This document shows, one piece after another, positions 8,451 through 16,860 of a DNA stretch of 26,120 nt. How positions within the stretch are numbered: position 1 is the first letter of the stretch; each line of letters begins with the position of its first letter. The notes below the pieces were generated by a model that did no database searches, was not told the DNA's origin, and worked only from the letters and a program-made list of their open reading frames with translations. This DNA comes from a virus (Duplodnaviria; Caudoviricetes): positions 1-26,120 of IMG/VR virus record IMGVR_UViG_3300020401_000078. One strand, given 5' to 3'. The translations under genes and the position numbers were made by a program.

Positions 8451-9020
8451 ATGGCATTTGGTGGTAGATCATATTCTAGAGCAGGATTCTCGTCCCTTGG
8501 TGTAAGCCCTAACGTATCAGTTACTCTGACAGGGTTTGCTGCCACTACGACGCTGGGTAGCATTGAGGTTTTAACAGACGCTACTCTAATTCCTAGTGGT
8601 GTTTCTGGAACTACCTCTCTAGGAACGGTTAGTTTTAAGTCAAATGTAACGAATATTCCTACCGGTCAGGAATTGTCAGGAAGTCTTGGCAGTGTTACAG
8701 TGACCGAGGGTACGGGTGTCACCGTAACCCTAACAGGGGTCGCAGGAACCTCTGCTTTAGGAACTGCAATTGCTGGGGTTAAAGTAACTGTTACGCCCAC
8801 AGGAGTTGCAGCGACCACTTCAGTAGGCACTATAACATACCGTGTTATCTACAGTATTACGGGTGTCTCTGCCACAACCGCTATTTCTGGCGCAAATGTT
8901 TGGACACTTGTTATCGTAGGAGATGATGAGACGTATTCTAATATCAATGAGGGGACGACACAGACATGGGATGATGTAGGAACAGGTTCCTCGCAAACAT
9001 GGAGTGATCGACTAAACTAA
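8451..9020 (+). CDS. Virion structural protein with internal Thr/Gly-rich repeats
   Basis: 189 aa with six imperfect repeats of the form V.(L/P)TGV.(A/G)T..(L/V)G.(I/V). Confidence 0.7.
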   Translation: MAFGGRSYSRAGFSSLGVSPNVSVTLTGFAATTTLGSIEVLTDATLIPSGVSGTTSLGTVSFKSNVTNIPTGQELSGSLGSVTVTEGTGVTVTLTGVAGTSALGTAIAGVKVTVTPTGVAATTSVGTITYRVIYSITGVSATTAISGANVWTLVIVGDDETYSNINEGTTQTWDDVGTGSSQTWSDRLN

Positions 9021-9739
9021 TGCCTTCTACATATACAAATCTTGGAATTGAAAAAATTGGAACCGGTGAGCAGTCTGGTGTTTGGGGTGCAACTACAAAC
9101 ACTAACCTCGACATGCTCGATGATGCAATCGCCGGTATAGCAACAGTTGCTCTGACTAGTAGCCCACAGGATCTATCCTTATCAGATGGCGCAACAAGTG
9201 ATGCTGGTAAGTTTATTGTTAAGTTTACTTCGTCTTTGAGCAGTTCCGTCACTGTAAATATCACACCAACAGACACTAAAAAAGTATACGTCTTTCAGAA
9301 CTCGACTACCCACGATGTAGTAATCAACCAGGGTAGCGGAAGTGGAACAACCGTAACGATTTCCACAAACACCTTTAAAATGGTTTATTGCGATGGTGCC
9401 GGCACAAACGCCAATGTCGTTGAAGTTGTTCTGGGTCAACCGGGTGGTTTTACTTGGCAAGCAGTTGTAACCAGCAACACAACGATGGTTAATGGCAGAG
9501 GGTATTTTGTTGATACTCAAAGCGGTGCGGTCACCATGACGCTACCAGCCAACCCCAATTTGGGAGAAGTTGTTCGTGTAATAGATCTCGGAAGTGCATC
9601 TACGAACGCAATCACGATAGGTAGAAACAGTCAGAAAATCATGGGAAGTGCGGCGGATATGACTATAGATACAGCGAATGCCGCACTTGGGTTAGTTTTC
9701 ACGGATAGTACTTTTGGCTGGCGTTTGTTGGAGGTCTAG
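9020..9739 (+). CDS. Tail fibre/baseplate-like structural protein
   Basis: N-terminal 'PSTYT.LGIE.IGTGEQSG.WG.TTNTNL' anchor and C-terminal 'GYFVDT..GAVTMTLPA.P..GE.V.VID...TNAITIGRN..KI.G...FGW' domain (T4 gp9/gp10-like). Confidence 0.7.
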   Translation: MPSTYTNLGIEKIGTGEQSGVWGATTNTNLDMLDDAIAGIATVALTSSPQDLSLSDGATSDAGKFIVKFTSSLSSSVTVNITPTDTKKVYVFQNSTTHDVVINQGSGSGTTVTISTNTFKMVYCDGAGTNANVVEVVLGQPGGFTWQAVVTSNTTMVNGRGYFVDTQSGAVTMTLPANPNLGEVVRVIDLGSASTNAITIGRNSQKIMGSAADMTIDTANAALGLVFTDSTFGWRLLEV

Positions 9740-9742
9740 CAG

Positions 9743-10456
9743 ATGTCAAACTATTTTGATTTGAAAGCTACTGCTGTACGAGGAAGCGGGGGATATTTTT
9801 CCGTAGGCACTATCATACCTTGGACATCTACTTCTTTAACAGGGTTTCTCGTATGTAATGGGGATGAACAGGCTAGAGCTACTTATCCTCAATTAGCCGC
9901 TATCTTAAATGATAAATACGGCACAGCTAGTGACAACGTTACTAATTTTAAGCTGCCGAATCTTCAACAAAGAGTCATGGTAGGACAACAAGGAAACGGC
10001 AGTTATGTAATTGGCGGAACTGGTGGAGCGAATACTGATACACCTAGTATTACCTTTGGAAGTGCGACAGTAAATGTTGCTGTGCCGAACAATCTTAACG
10101 TATCTCTTAATAACAGCAATGTGACCCTTCCGTCTCACAGTCATCATGTGTTTACTACACAAGAAGCAAATATAGGTAATACTAAAGTAACGGCGAACAC
10201 TCAGTCGGCTGTTGTGCGTGGTGTTCTTGGCGATTCTTCGCAAGACCATAAATACAGAATTGCTCCATCAAACTTATCGGCAACCATAGGTAAAACTTCT
10301 ACCGAGGGATCCGGCAACGGTGCTCACAACCATACTGGAAATGTTGGTGGCACTTTAAGCGGCTCTTTTAATCAGCAAAACCTCTCTGCAGCTTCAGATG
10401 CGGTTGATGTCATTCAACCGTATCAGACTGTTACTTTTTTGATAAAGCACGACTAA
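9743..10456 (+). CDS. Tail collar domain short tail fibre protein
   Basis: 'VGTIIPW....GFLVCNG....RATYPQLAAIL...YG......FKLPNL' is the phage tail collar motif; HxH motifs (HSHH, HNH); C-terminal 'QPYQTVTFLIK'. Confidence 0.85.
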   Translation: MSNYFDLKATAVRGSGGYFSVGTIIPWTSTSLTGFLVCNGDEQARATYPQLAAILNDKYGTASDNVTNFKLPNLQQRVMVGQQGNGSYVIGGTGGANTDTPSITFGSATVNVAVPNNLNVSLNNSNVTLPSHSHHVFTTQEANIGNTKVTANTQSAVVRGVLGDSSQDHKYRIAPSNLSATIGKTSTEGSGNGAHNHTGNVGGTLSGSFNQQNLSAASDAVDVIQPYQTVTFLIKHD

Positions 10457-10459
10457 GCC

Positions 10460-10807
10460 ATGAAGTATTTCATAAACACAGAAAGTAGAATGTTAGGTAG
10501 CCAAGACACTACTTTTTGGATGTTGCCGGATACTTTTCAGGAGGGGCTGGATAAAAACTTTGCTCTTGTCTACGACACTTGCCTTAGTACTTTTCGTGAT
10601 GATTTACACACTATCGAATATGATGACGAAACAAATACAATTATTGAAATAGATCAGGACGGGGAAAACTTTGTTAGCACTGTGGAGGAAACTCCTGAGA
10701 TGCAAAAGCTCGTCGATCTTTTCAATAAGGTTAAAGAACAAAAACAAGAATTAGACGAAGCTGTTCCAGAAACAGTGCCGGATACAGATTTAGGAGGGGA
10801 GGAGTAG
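10460..10807 (+). CDS. Acidic hypothetical protein, possible tail fibre assembly chaperone
   Basis: 115 aa, acidic, located between two collar-domain genes. Confidence 0.55.
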   Translation: MKYFINTESRMLGSQDTTFWMLPDTFQEGLDKNFALVYDTCLSTFRDDLHTIEYDDETNTIIEIDQDGENFVSTVEETPEMQKLVDLFNKVKEQKQELDEAVPETVPDTDLGGEE

Positions 10808-11533
10808 ATGACAAACTATAGCACACTAAAATCCACAGGAGCTCCTGGGTTCCCTCCCGGATTTATTATTCCTTGGGGTCAGAACTCTATACCCGCTGGC
10901 TTCTTGCTCTGTAATGGTGACCCTAAAAATCGTGCCGATTTCCCTGATTTGTTCGCTGCTATTGGAACCACATATGGTGAGCCGTCGGGCACAGAATTTA
11001 ATTTACCCAACCTCGATGGTAAATCGCTTTTGTTTCAAGCCTCGGGCAACAACACGCCTGGTTCTGGTAACGTCGGGACTACAGCGGGTAATGCAAACGT
11101 AAATGTAGATCCGACTAATCATGTGACGCTCACAAACAACCAAACTGCCACAGGTGCTATTGTGGTTTCGGGGAATGTAGCAAATCACACTCTTACCGAG
11201 TCCGAGCTTCCATCTCTTACAGGGGATGCTCTTTTCTTAAATAGAGGTGGAGGCGCACAAAACCATAACATCGTCGCTAATACAAACGGCATCTTTTCTA
11301 CTTCATCAGGAAGTGCTGGCAATAATATTGGTTGGCAGGGCGAAGGTGGTAATCAGTCAACAAAACTAAGGATTAGTTTTGGAGGTGGGGGTGCTCACGA
11401 CCACGAAAACAACATACAAGTAAATTCTCAGACAGTAAATCTATCGGACGCGGCTAACACGGTTGTGTTAGGTCACAACGCCTTCAGTGTTCTGTCTCCA
11501 TCTACAAGACTCAGAGCAGTCATTAAGACGTAA
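10808..11533 (+). CDS. Second tail collar domain short tail fibre protein
   Basis: 'PGFIIPW....PAGFLLCNG....RADFPDLFAAIGTTYG...FNLPNL', 'HTLTESELPS', 'AHDH'; GGAGG upstream. Confidence 0.85.
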   Translation: MTNYSTLKSTGAPGFPPGFIIPWGQNSIPAGFLLCNGDPKNRADFPDLFAAIGTTYGEPSGTEFNLPNLDGKSLLFQASGNNTPGSGNVGTTAGNANVNVDPTNHVTLTNNQTATGAIVVSGNVANHTLTESELPSLTGDALFLNRGGGAQNHNIVANTNGIFSTSSGSAGNNIGWQGEGGNQSTKLRISFGGGGAHDHENNIQVNSQTVNLSDAANTVVLGHNAFSVLSPSTRLRAVIKT

Positions 11534-11541
11534 GGATTGCC

Positions 11542-14157
11542 ATGCCGTTACAAAAGCTACAGTTCAAACCCGGTATCAACAGAGAAACCACTCGGTACAT
11601 GAACGAGGGCGGCTGGTACAATTGTGACAAGATACGGTTTCGTTTTGGTGTTCCCGAAAAAATAAATGGTTGGCAAAGATATTCTGGCATTCAGTTCTTG
11701 GGTATATGCCGAAAGCTACATAACTGGATTGCTCTTGATCAATCAAACTATGTTGCGCTTGGTACGCACTTGAAGCTGTATGTAGAGGAAGGCTCTCAGT
11801 ATTACGACATTACCCCTGTACGAAGAACGCAAACACTAAGTTCAGGAGCCCTTGCTTCAACCAGCGGAAGCACAACCATAACTGTAACGGATGCTAGCCA
11901 TGGGGCTGTGACAAACGATTTCGTTACATTTACGAATGCAACTACCTTTGCTGGAATACCCGACACTGATTTGAACAAAGAACACCAACTTACTGTTGTA
12001 GATGGCGGCACATATACAATCACTGTAGAGACTGCTGCAAATGCTACCACAACAGGTGGCGGCACACCGGTAGCAGCGTATCAAATCAATACAGGTCTAG
12101 ATACGATTGTGTCAGGAACTGGTTGGGGTGCTGGCAACTGGGGTGGAACAACTCCTGCCGACCCAGCGACAACATTGAACGGTGCTCTTAATTTTGGTTC
12201 TGACGGCACAGCTAGTGGTATAGCGACTACACTCGACGGGGCTGTCGCGGCGGGGTCACAGTTAGCTCCCGGAAGCAATATCCCTCTTACTGATGCCAGT
12301 GGGTTTCCAACAGCAGGAAACGCTATAATCGATGACAAAGAAGTAATTATCTACACAGGCAAAAGCGGTAATACTTTAACGGGTATCACTCGTGGCATAA
12401 ACGGTACACAAGCTATTGCACATGCCGATGATGCGTCTGTTAAAGCAAGGGTTGTCGGCACTTTGAACGGTGCTCTTCTTGCTGATACTAACGGCACAGG
12501 TGGTTCAGGAAGTGCGATTACGCTTACTGATGCAACTGCTTTCCCAAGTTCGGGTTCTATCACTATTGGCAGTGAGATTATTACATACACAGGTAAAAGC
12601 AGTAACAACTTAACTGGCATCACTCGTGGTGTGAGTGGTTCAACAGCAGCAGCGCACAGTGATGGTTCGGCTGTTCGTGGTTCTTCTATTGTGCTTACAG
12701 ATGCAAGTGACTTTCCGGCTGCGTCTTTTCCTGTTGGTAAGTTTGCTGTAATTAACGAAACAGAAGTTATTCAATATTTTGGAAAAAGCGGCAACAGTTT
12801 AATAGGTATTGTTCGTGGGCGCGACGGCACTTCGCCGACCACCGCTACTGGTATAGGAGTACCTCATGCTACTGGTGTGCCTGTTCGTGGCGCAGACGAG
12901 ATTACCGGGTGGGGTGACGCGGCATCACTAGCAGCGACCTCGGGCACCGAAGCTCGGATCTGGTCACTCGACAACTTTGGGGAAGATCTGATTGCAAATG
13001 TTAGAGACGGTGCGCTTTTCTACTGGAACAAGTCAGATGGGTTGTCTGCTAGAGCCACAACGTTAGCAGCTTCTGACCCTTCTAATGCGTCTCAGGTTCC
13101 TACCGTGGCTAGACAAGTAATGGTTTCAGACAGAAGCCGTCACTGCATTGCATTTGCCTGTAACGCGCAAGGGCAAACAGCGCAAGATCCGCTGTTGATT
13201 AGGTTTTCAAAGTCAGAGAACGCGGTTAATTGGGATATTCTGGCGGCGGGAACGGATGCTGGTGACTTGATTATCGGATCTGGTTCTAAATTCGTTACAG
13301 CTATTGAAACCAAACGTGAGATCCTGGTGTGGACAGATGTGAGCTTGCACTCCATGCAGTTCATTGGTGCGCCAAATACTTTTGGTCTAATTCAAATTGC
13401 TTCCGGTTTGAGCATTATCGGACCGAATGCTGTTACAGCGGTGAACGACCAAGTCTTCTGGATGGGTGAGAATCAGTTCTATGTTTACGATGGTAGAACG
13501 CAACAGATTCCCTGCACTGTTCGAGACTATGTGTTTGACGACATTAACCAGGACCAGCGGGAACTTGTTACAGCGGGGCTGAACTCAGCATATTACGAGG
13601 TTTTCTGGTTCTATCCGTCAAAGAACGCAACAGAAGTCGATAAATATGTAGTGTTCAACTACTCCGAACAGGTTTGGTATTTCGGCACCTTGGCTAGAAC
13701 AGCCTGGATCGATGCTGAAATCCGTTCGTATCCTGTAGCCGCATCTCCAGATCGATATCTATACAACCATGAAATCGGCAATGATGATGGTTCGACATCT
13801 CCTGCCACGGCTATCCAAGCTTTTATCGAAAGCAGTCCGTTGAGTATGGAAGGTGGCGATCAGTTCCAGTTAATACGAAGGATTATACCTGACATTACGT
13901 TTGATGGATCAGAACAGGCAACACCAACAGCTAAGTTTACACTGCAAGGTTATGATAAACCGGGTCAGTCAGGACAGGGTTCAGTGAATGGCACCGTTAC
14001 AAAAGAAGCTAGCGAAACCGTCGAAAAATACACTGATGAATTGTTTTTAAGGCTTCGTGGCAGAGCTTTTTCTGTTAAGATAGAAAACACAGGAACTGGA
14101 ACACAATGGCGTTTAGGTATACCTAGAGTAGATGTAAGACCGGATGGGAGAAGATAA
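11542..14157 (+). CDS. Tail stabilisation / nozzle protein (P22 gp10 / T7 gp12-like) with inserted repeat domains
   Basis: 871 aa; 'MPLQKLQFKPGIN...GGW...DKIRFR.G.PEKI.GW' N-terminus and propeller-like C-terminal half ('WSLDNFGEDLIA', 'DPLLIRFS', 'FWMG...FYVYDG'); TAAGGA RBS; lies just before the ejection genes. Confidence 0.7.
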   Translation: MPLQKLQFKPGINRETTRYMNEGGWYNCDKIRFRFGVPEKINGWQRYSGIQFLGICRKLHNWIALDQSNYVALGTHLKLYVEEGSQYYDITPVRRTQTLSSGALASTSGSTTITVTDASHGAVTNDFVTFTNATTFAGIPDTDLNKEHQLTVVDGGTYTITVETAANATTTGGGTPVAAYQINTGLDTIVSGTGWGAGNWGGTTPADPATTLNGALNFGSDGTASGIATTLDGAVAAGSQLAPGSNIPLTDASGFPTAGNAIIDDKEVIIYTGKSGNTLTGITRGINGTQAIAHADDASVKARVVGTLNGALLADTNGTGGSGSAITLTDATAFPSSGSITIGSEIITYTGKSSNNLTGITRGVSGSTAAAHSDGSAVRGSSIVLTDASDFPAASFPVGKFAVINETEVIQYFGKSGNSLIGIVRGRDGTSPTTATGIGVPHATGVPVRGADEITGWGDAASLAATSGTEARIWSLDNFGEDLIANVRDGALFYWNKSDGLSARATTLAASDPSNASQVPTVARQVMVSDRSRHCIAFACNAQGQTAQDPLLIRFSKSENAVNWDILAAGTDAGDLIIGSGSKFVTAIETKREILVWTDVSLHSMQFIGAPNTFGLIQIASGLSIIGPNAVTAVNDQVFWMGENQFYVYDGRTQQIPCTVRDYVFDDINQDQRELVTAGLNSAYYEVFWFYPSKNATEVDKYVVFNYSEQVWYFGTLARTAWIDAEIRSYPVAASPDRYLYNHEIGNDDGSTSPATAIQAFIESSPLSMEGGDQFQLIRRIIPDITFDGSEQATPTAKFTLQGYDKPGQSGQGSVNGTVTKEASETVEKYTDELFLRLRGRAFSVKIENTGTGTQWRLGIPRVDVRPDGRR
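12169..12891 (+). repeat. Triplicated domain of about 75 aa within the tail protein
   Basis: Units TL(N/D)GA...LTDA..FP......E.I.Y.GKS.N.L.GI.RG...H..(G/D)..V; DNA similarity remains visible (ttgaacggtgctctt at 12175 and 12463; tacacaggYaaaagc...atcactcgtgg at 12352 and 12586). Confidence 0.85.
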
Positions 14158-14387
14158 TGCCTCAGAGAGAACTTGTCCCACCCGTTATATCAAACGCTCC
14201 GCCCGAATATGATCAGGCGTATGTTTCAGATCTCGCAAGAGCGTTGACCCTTTTGATTGATCAGGTCAACACAGATGGTCAGCTTCGCGCTACCACTGCC
14301 GTACTTACAGCATTACCAACTAGCGCAACGGGCTTGGAAACGGGGTCGTTGTACAACGATTCTGGGACGATAAAGATAGTCACATGA
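14157..14387 (+). CDS. Small virion-associated protein
   Basis: 76 aa, coupled by TAATG and ATGA; 'P.EYD..Y...L.R.L' and 'LPTSATGL..GSLYND.G.IKI'. Confidence 0.6.
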   Translation: MPQRELVPPVISNAPPEYDQAYVSDLARALTLLIDQVNTDGQLRATTAVLTALPTSATGLETGSLYNDSGTIKIVT

Positions 14388-15895
14388 TGAACGCAGCGAA
14401 CGCAGGATTTGTAGGCAGAATGATCGAGGAACTCGGGCCTCAAAGTGTGTCTGAAATACCGCCTGAAGGCTCAAAAGGCATTCAGGGACTGATCCGACAA
14501 GTTATGTTGAAAGCAAATCAACAGAACCCAGGAAGTTTTACTTTTTCACAACCTGAAGAAAAAATAAGAAATATGGTGAACAATGTCGGGAATCGGATTT
14601 TCGACCGAGCTGCACCTCAAGCTCCAGCGCAACCGTATCAAGGTCAGCCTATGAAGTTTGCGGCTCCACCACCGCAGATGGCTCAAGTAGAAACGCCTAT
14701 GTTTTCTCCAGCCACGCCGCGTATGGGTGGTGTTCCTTCTTTGGGTGGTCGGCAAGATATTGCAGAAAAGCTGGCTAACATGGGTCAGTACGATGATGAC
14801 GAGATTGCTCACGTTGCCGAGGGAGAGGTAATCGTTCCAGCACCAATCATGAAATACTATCCCGAGATCAAGGAACAGGTGTTCCAAGCCATACGGGAAG
14901 AAGGACTTGATCCGAATGAGTTTGTTGTTGGTGACGAAGTGGTGGCGCGCAACCCATACACCGGTATGCAAGAGTTTGGCTGGCTCTCCAAAACATGGAA
15001 GAAAATTAAGAAGGTTGTTAAGAAAGCCGCCCCGATTATTCTTGCTGCTACCGGACTTTATTTTGCTGCTCCGCTTATAGGAGGCACAACATTTGCCGCA
15101 TCGGGTGCTGGTTTAGGAGCCAAGGCAGCGGCTATCGGTAAAACAATAATGTCGGGTGCCCTTGCATCACCGGGGCTTGCTGGGGGGATTGCCGGTACTG
15201 CTTTTGGTTTGGGAAAGGGTAAAAACCTCAAAGACTCTTTGAAGCTAGGTTTGAAGGCAGGAGCAGTAACAGGCACTTTAGGCAATGTATTTGGCACAAA
15301 AGGAATCGCAAGCCTAACAGGTGACCAAGCTCTTATAGACTCAGCTAAACCAGGACTGTTTAGCAGTGCGGGTAAAGTTGCGGGTGACAAAGTTGCTGAA
15401 GAGGTTATTGAAGAGGGCGCAGAGGATATTGTTGAAGATCAGGTTGAAAAAAACATTTTCCAAAAAGCGGCTGGATCAATTACTAAAGGTTTCGAAAAAG
15501 ATGCTATCGGAACCACAACAAACCTTGCCGCACTTGGCATGATAGGCACTGGGCTCCTGACCAGCCCAGAAGAGATGCCAGTGGGAGAAGAGTATGAGTA
15601 CGAGCCAACTCGAGAAGGCATACCGATGGCGGGTCTATACTATGATCCAGCTACCGGAACTTACTCAAACACACCACCAACAATCAACGTGATCCAAGGA
15701 CCGATACGTCGTGTGAATGCAGGAGGTGCAGTCGCGGGTCCTGGAACTGGGACCTCGGATAGTATTCCTGCCATGTTGTCAGATGGTGAGTTCGTAATGA
15801 CGGCGAAAGCTGTTCGTGGTATGGGTGGAGGTAGCAGAGAGAAAGGGGCGGCTAAGATGTACCAGTTGATGAACCGTCTTGAAGGAAGGGCATAA
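14384..15895 (+). CDS. Internal virion / DNA ejection protein with membrane-active segments
   Basis: 503 aa; cationic amphipathic helix followed by Gly/Ala-rich hydrophobic stretches; C-terminal 'GPGTGTSDSIPAMLSDGEFVMTAKAV' motif; located after the nozzle gene. Confidence 0.6.
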   Translation: MMNAANAGFVGRMIEELGPQSVSEIPPEGSKGIQGLIRQVMLKANQQNPGSFTFSQPEEKIRNMVNNVGNRIFDRAAPQAPAQPYQGQPMKFAAPPPQMAQVETPMFSPATPRMGGVPSLGGRQDIAEKLANMGQYDDDEIAHVAEGEVIVPAPIMKYYPEIKEQVFQAIREEGLDPNEFVVGDEVVARNPYTGMQEFGWLSKTWKKIKKVVKKAAPIILAATGLYFAAPLIGGTTFAASGAGLGAKAAAIGKTIMSGALASPGLAGGIAGTAFGLGKGKNLKDSLKLGLKAGAVTGTLGNVFGTKGIASLTGDQALIDSAKPGLFSSAGKVAGDKVAEEVIEEGAEDIVEDQVEKNIFQKAAGSITKGFEKDAIGTTTNLAALGMIGTGLLTSPEEMPVGEEYEYEPTREGIPMAGLYYDPATGTYSNTPPTINVIQGPIRRVNAGGAVAGPGTGTSDSIPAMLSDGEFVMTAKAVRGMGGGSREKGAAKMYQLMNRLEGRA

Positions 15896-16860
15896 TGTCT
15901 ACACAAACAACAATTCAAGAGGTTCGACTTCAACCGTATCAGGAAGAGATGCAGAAGGATATCTATGCCTCTGCTGAAAAAATCCTTAATCAACCTCGAC
16001 CTACCGTAGATTACGAAACCTTTCTTGCAGAACGTGACCCCCTTCTTATTGAGGCAGAAAAATTAGGTCAAGAAGGCATTGGCGCATATCAGGGACTGCT
16101 TGATGATGCTTCAGCCCAGACAGCACTAGCCGCTGACTATGCTCGACAGCAAGCAGAAATGGCAAGGCAAGCAGGAGGACAGTTCGATCCTAGTGGTATC
16201 GGACGTTTCATGAATCCATTTGAACAGTTAGTTCTTGATCCTGCCCTAGAAAGAATACGCGAACAGCAATTACAGTCCGAAAATTTAGCGAAACAAGCTG
16301 CAATACAACAAGGCGCATTTGGTGGTACCCGTTCTGCGCTAGCCCAACAAGCTGCGGCTCGTGACTTTGAAAAGCAACGTCAGGAAACAATCGGTAATCT
16401 CAAGTATCAAGGATTCCAAACTGCAGCAGGAATGGCGCAACAAGCCTTCGAAGACGAGAAACGTCGTCAACTTGGAATTGCAGAGTTGCTTGGACAAACA
16501 GGAACGCAAATGGGTCAGGCTGGTGTCATGTATTCAAATCTTGCACAGCAAGCTCAAGATCAAGGTCTACAAGATGTAGCCACTCTACAGCAACTTGGAC
16601 GCGACAAGATGGCATATGATCAATCAGTGCTGGATGCTCAACTGAAAACTGAAATGGAAAGAGTCCAAGAACCATATGGTCGCCTTGGTTTTGTTTCTGA
16701 TATCTTTGCCGGACAACCGACGACACCTACAACATATACAACTTCTCCAGCGCAAGGCGGAGGAGGCGACAGACGGTCGGCGTTGCTAGGAACAGGCATC
16801 GCGCTCCTCGGTGCTGGTCGTGCATTTGGTAATCCCTTTGCGTATACGGGAACAAATTAA
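15895..16860 (+). CDS. Internal virion / ejection protein (Gln/Ala-rich helical)
   Basis: 321 aa, coiled-coil composition, 'FMNPF', 'GAFGGTR', hydrophobic C-terminal 'LLGTGIALLGAG'. Confidence 0.6.
   Translation: MSTQTTIQEVRLQPYQEEMQKDIYASAEKILNQPRPTVDYETFLAERDPLLIEAEKLGQEGIGAYQGLLDDASAQTALAADYARQQAEMARQAGGQFDPSGIGRFMNPFEQLVLDPALERIREQQLQSENLAKQAAIQQGAFGGTRSALAQQAAARDFEKQRQETIGNLKYQGFQTAAGMAQQAFEDEKRRQLGIAELLGQTGTQMGQAGVMYSNLAQQAQDQGLQDVATLQQLGRDKMAYDQSVLDAQLKTEMERVQEPYGRLGFVSDIFAGQPTTPTTYTTSPAQGGGGDRRSALLGTGIALLGAGRAFGNPFAYTGTN

Noticed and set aside
9743-11533. Diversity-generating retroelement or invertible tail-fibre switch
   Set aside because: No reverse transcriptase, invertase, near-identical template/variable repeat pair or flanking inverted repeats were seen.
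14384-15895. Tape measure protein (SDSIPAMLSDGEFV motif)
   Set aside because: The motif also occurs in tape measures, but the protein is short, no tail tube or assembly chaperone genes are evident, and the context fits podovirus ejection proteins.
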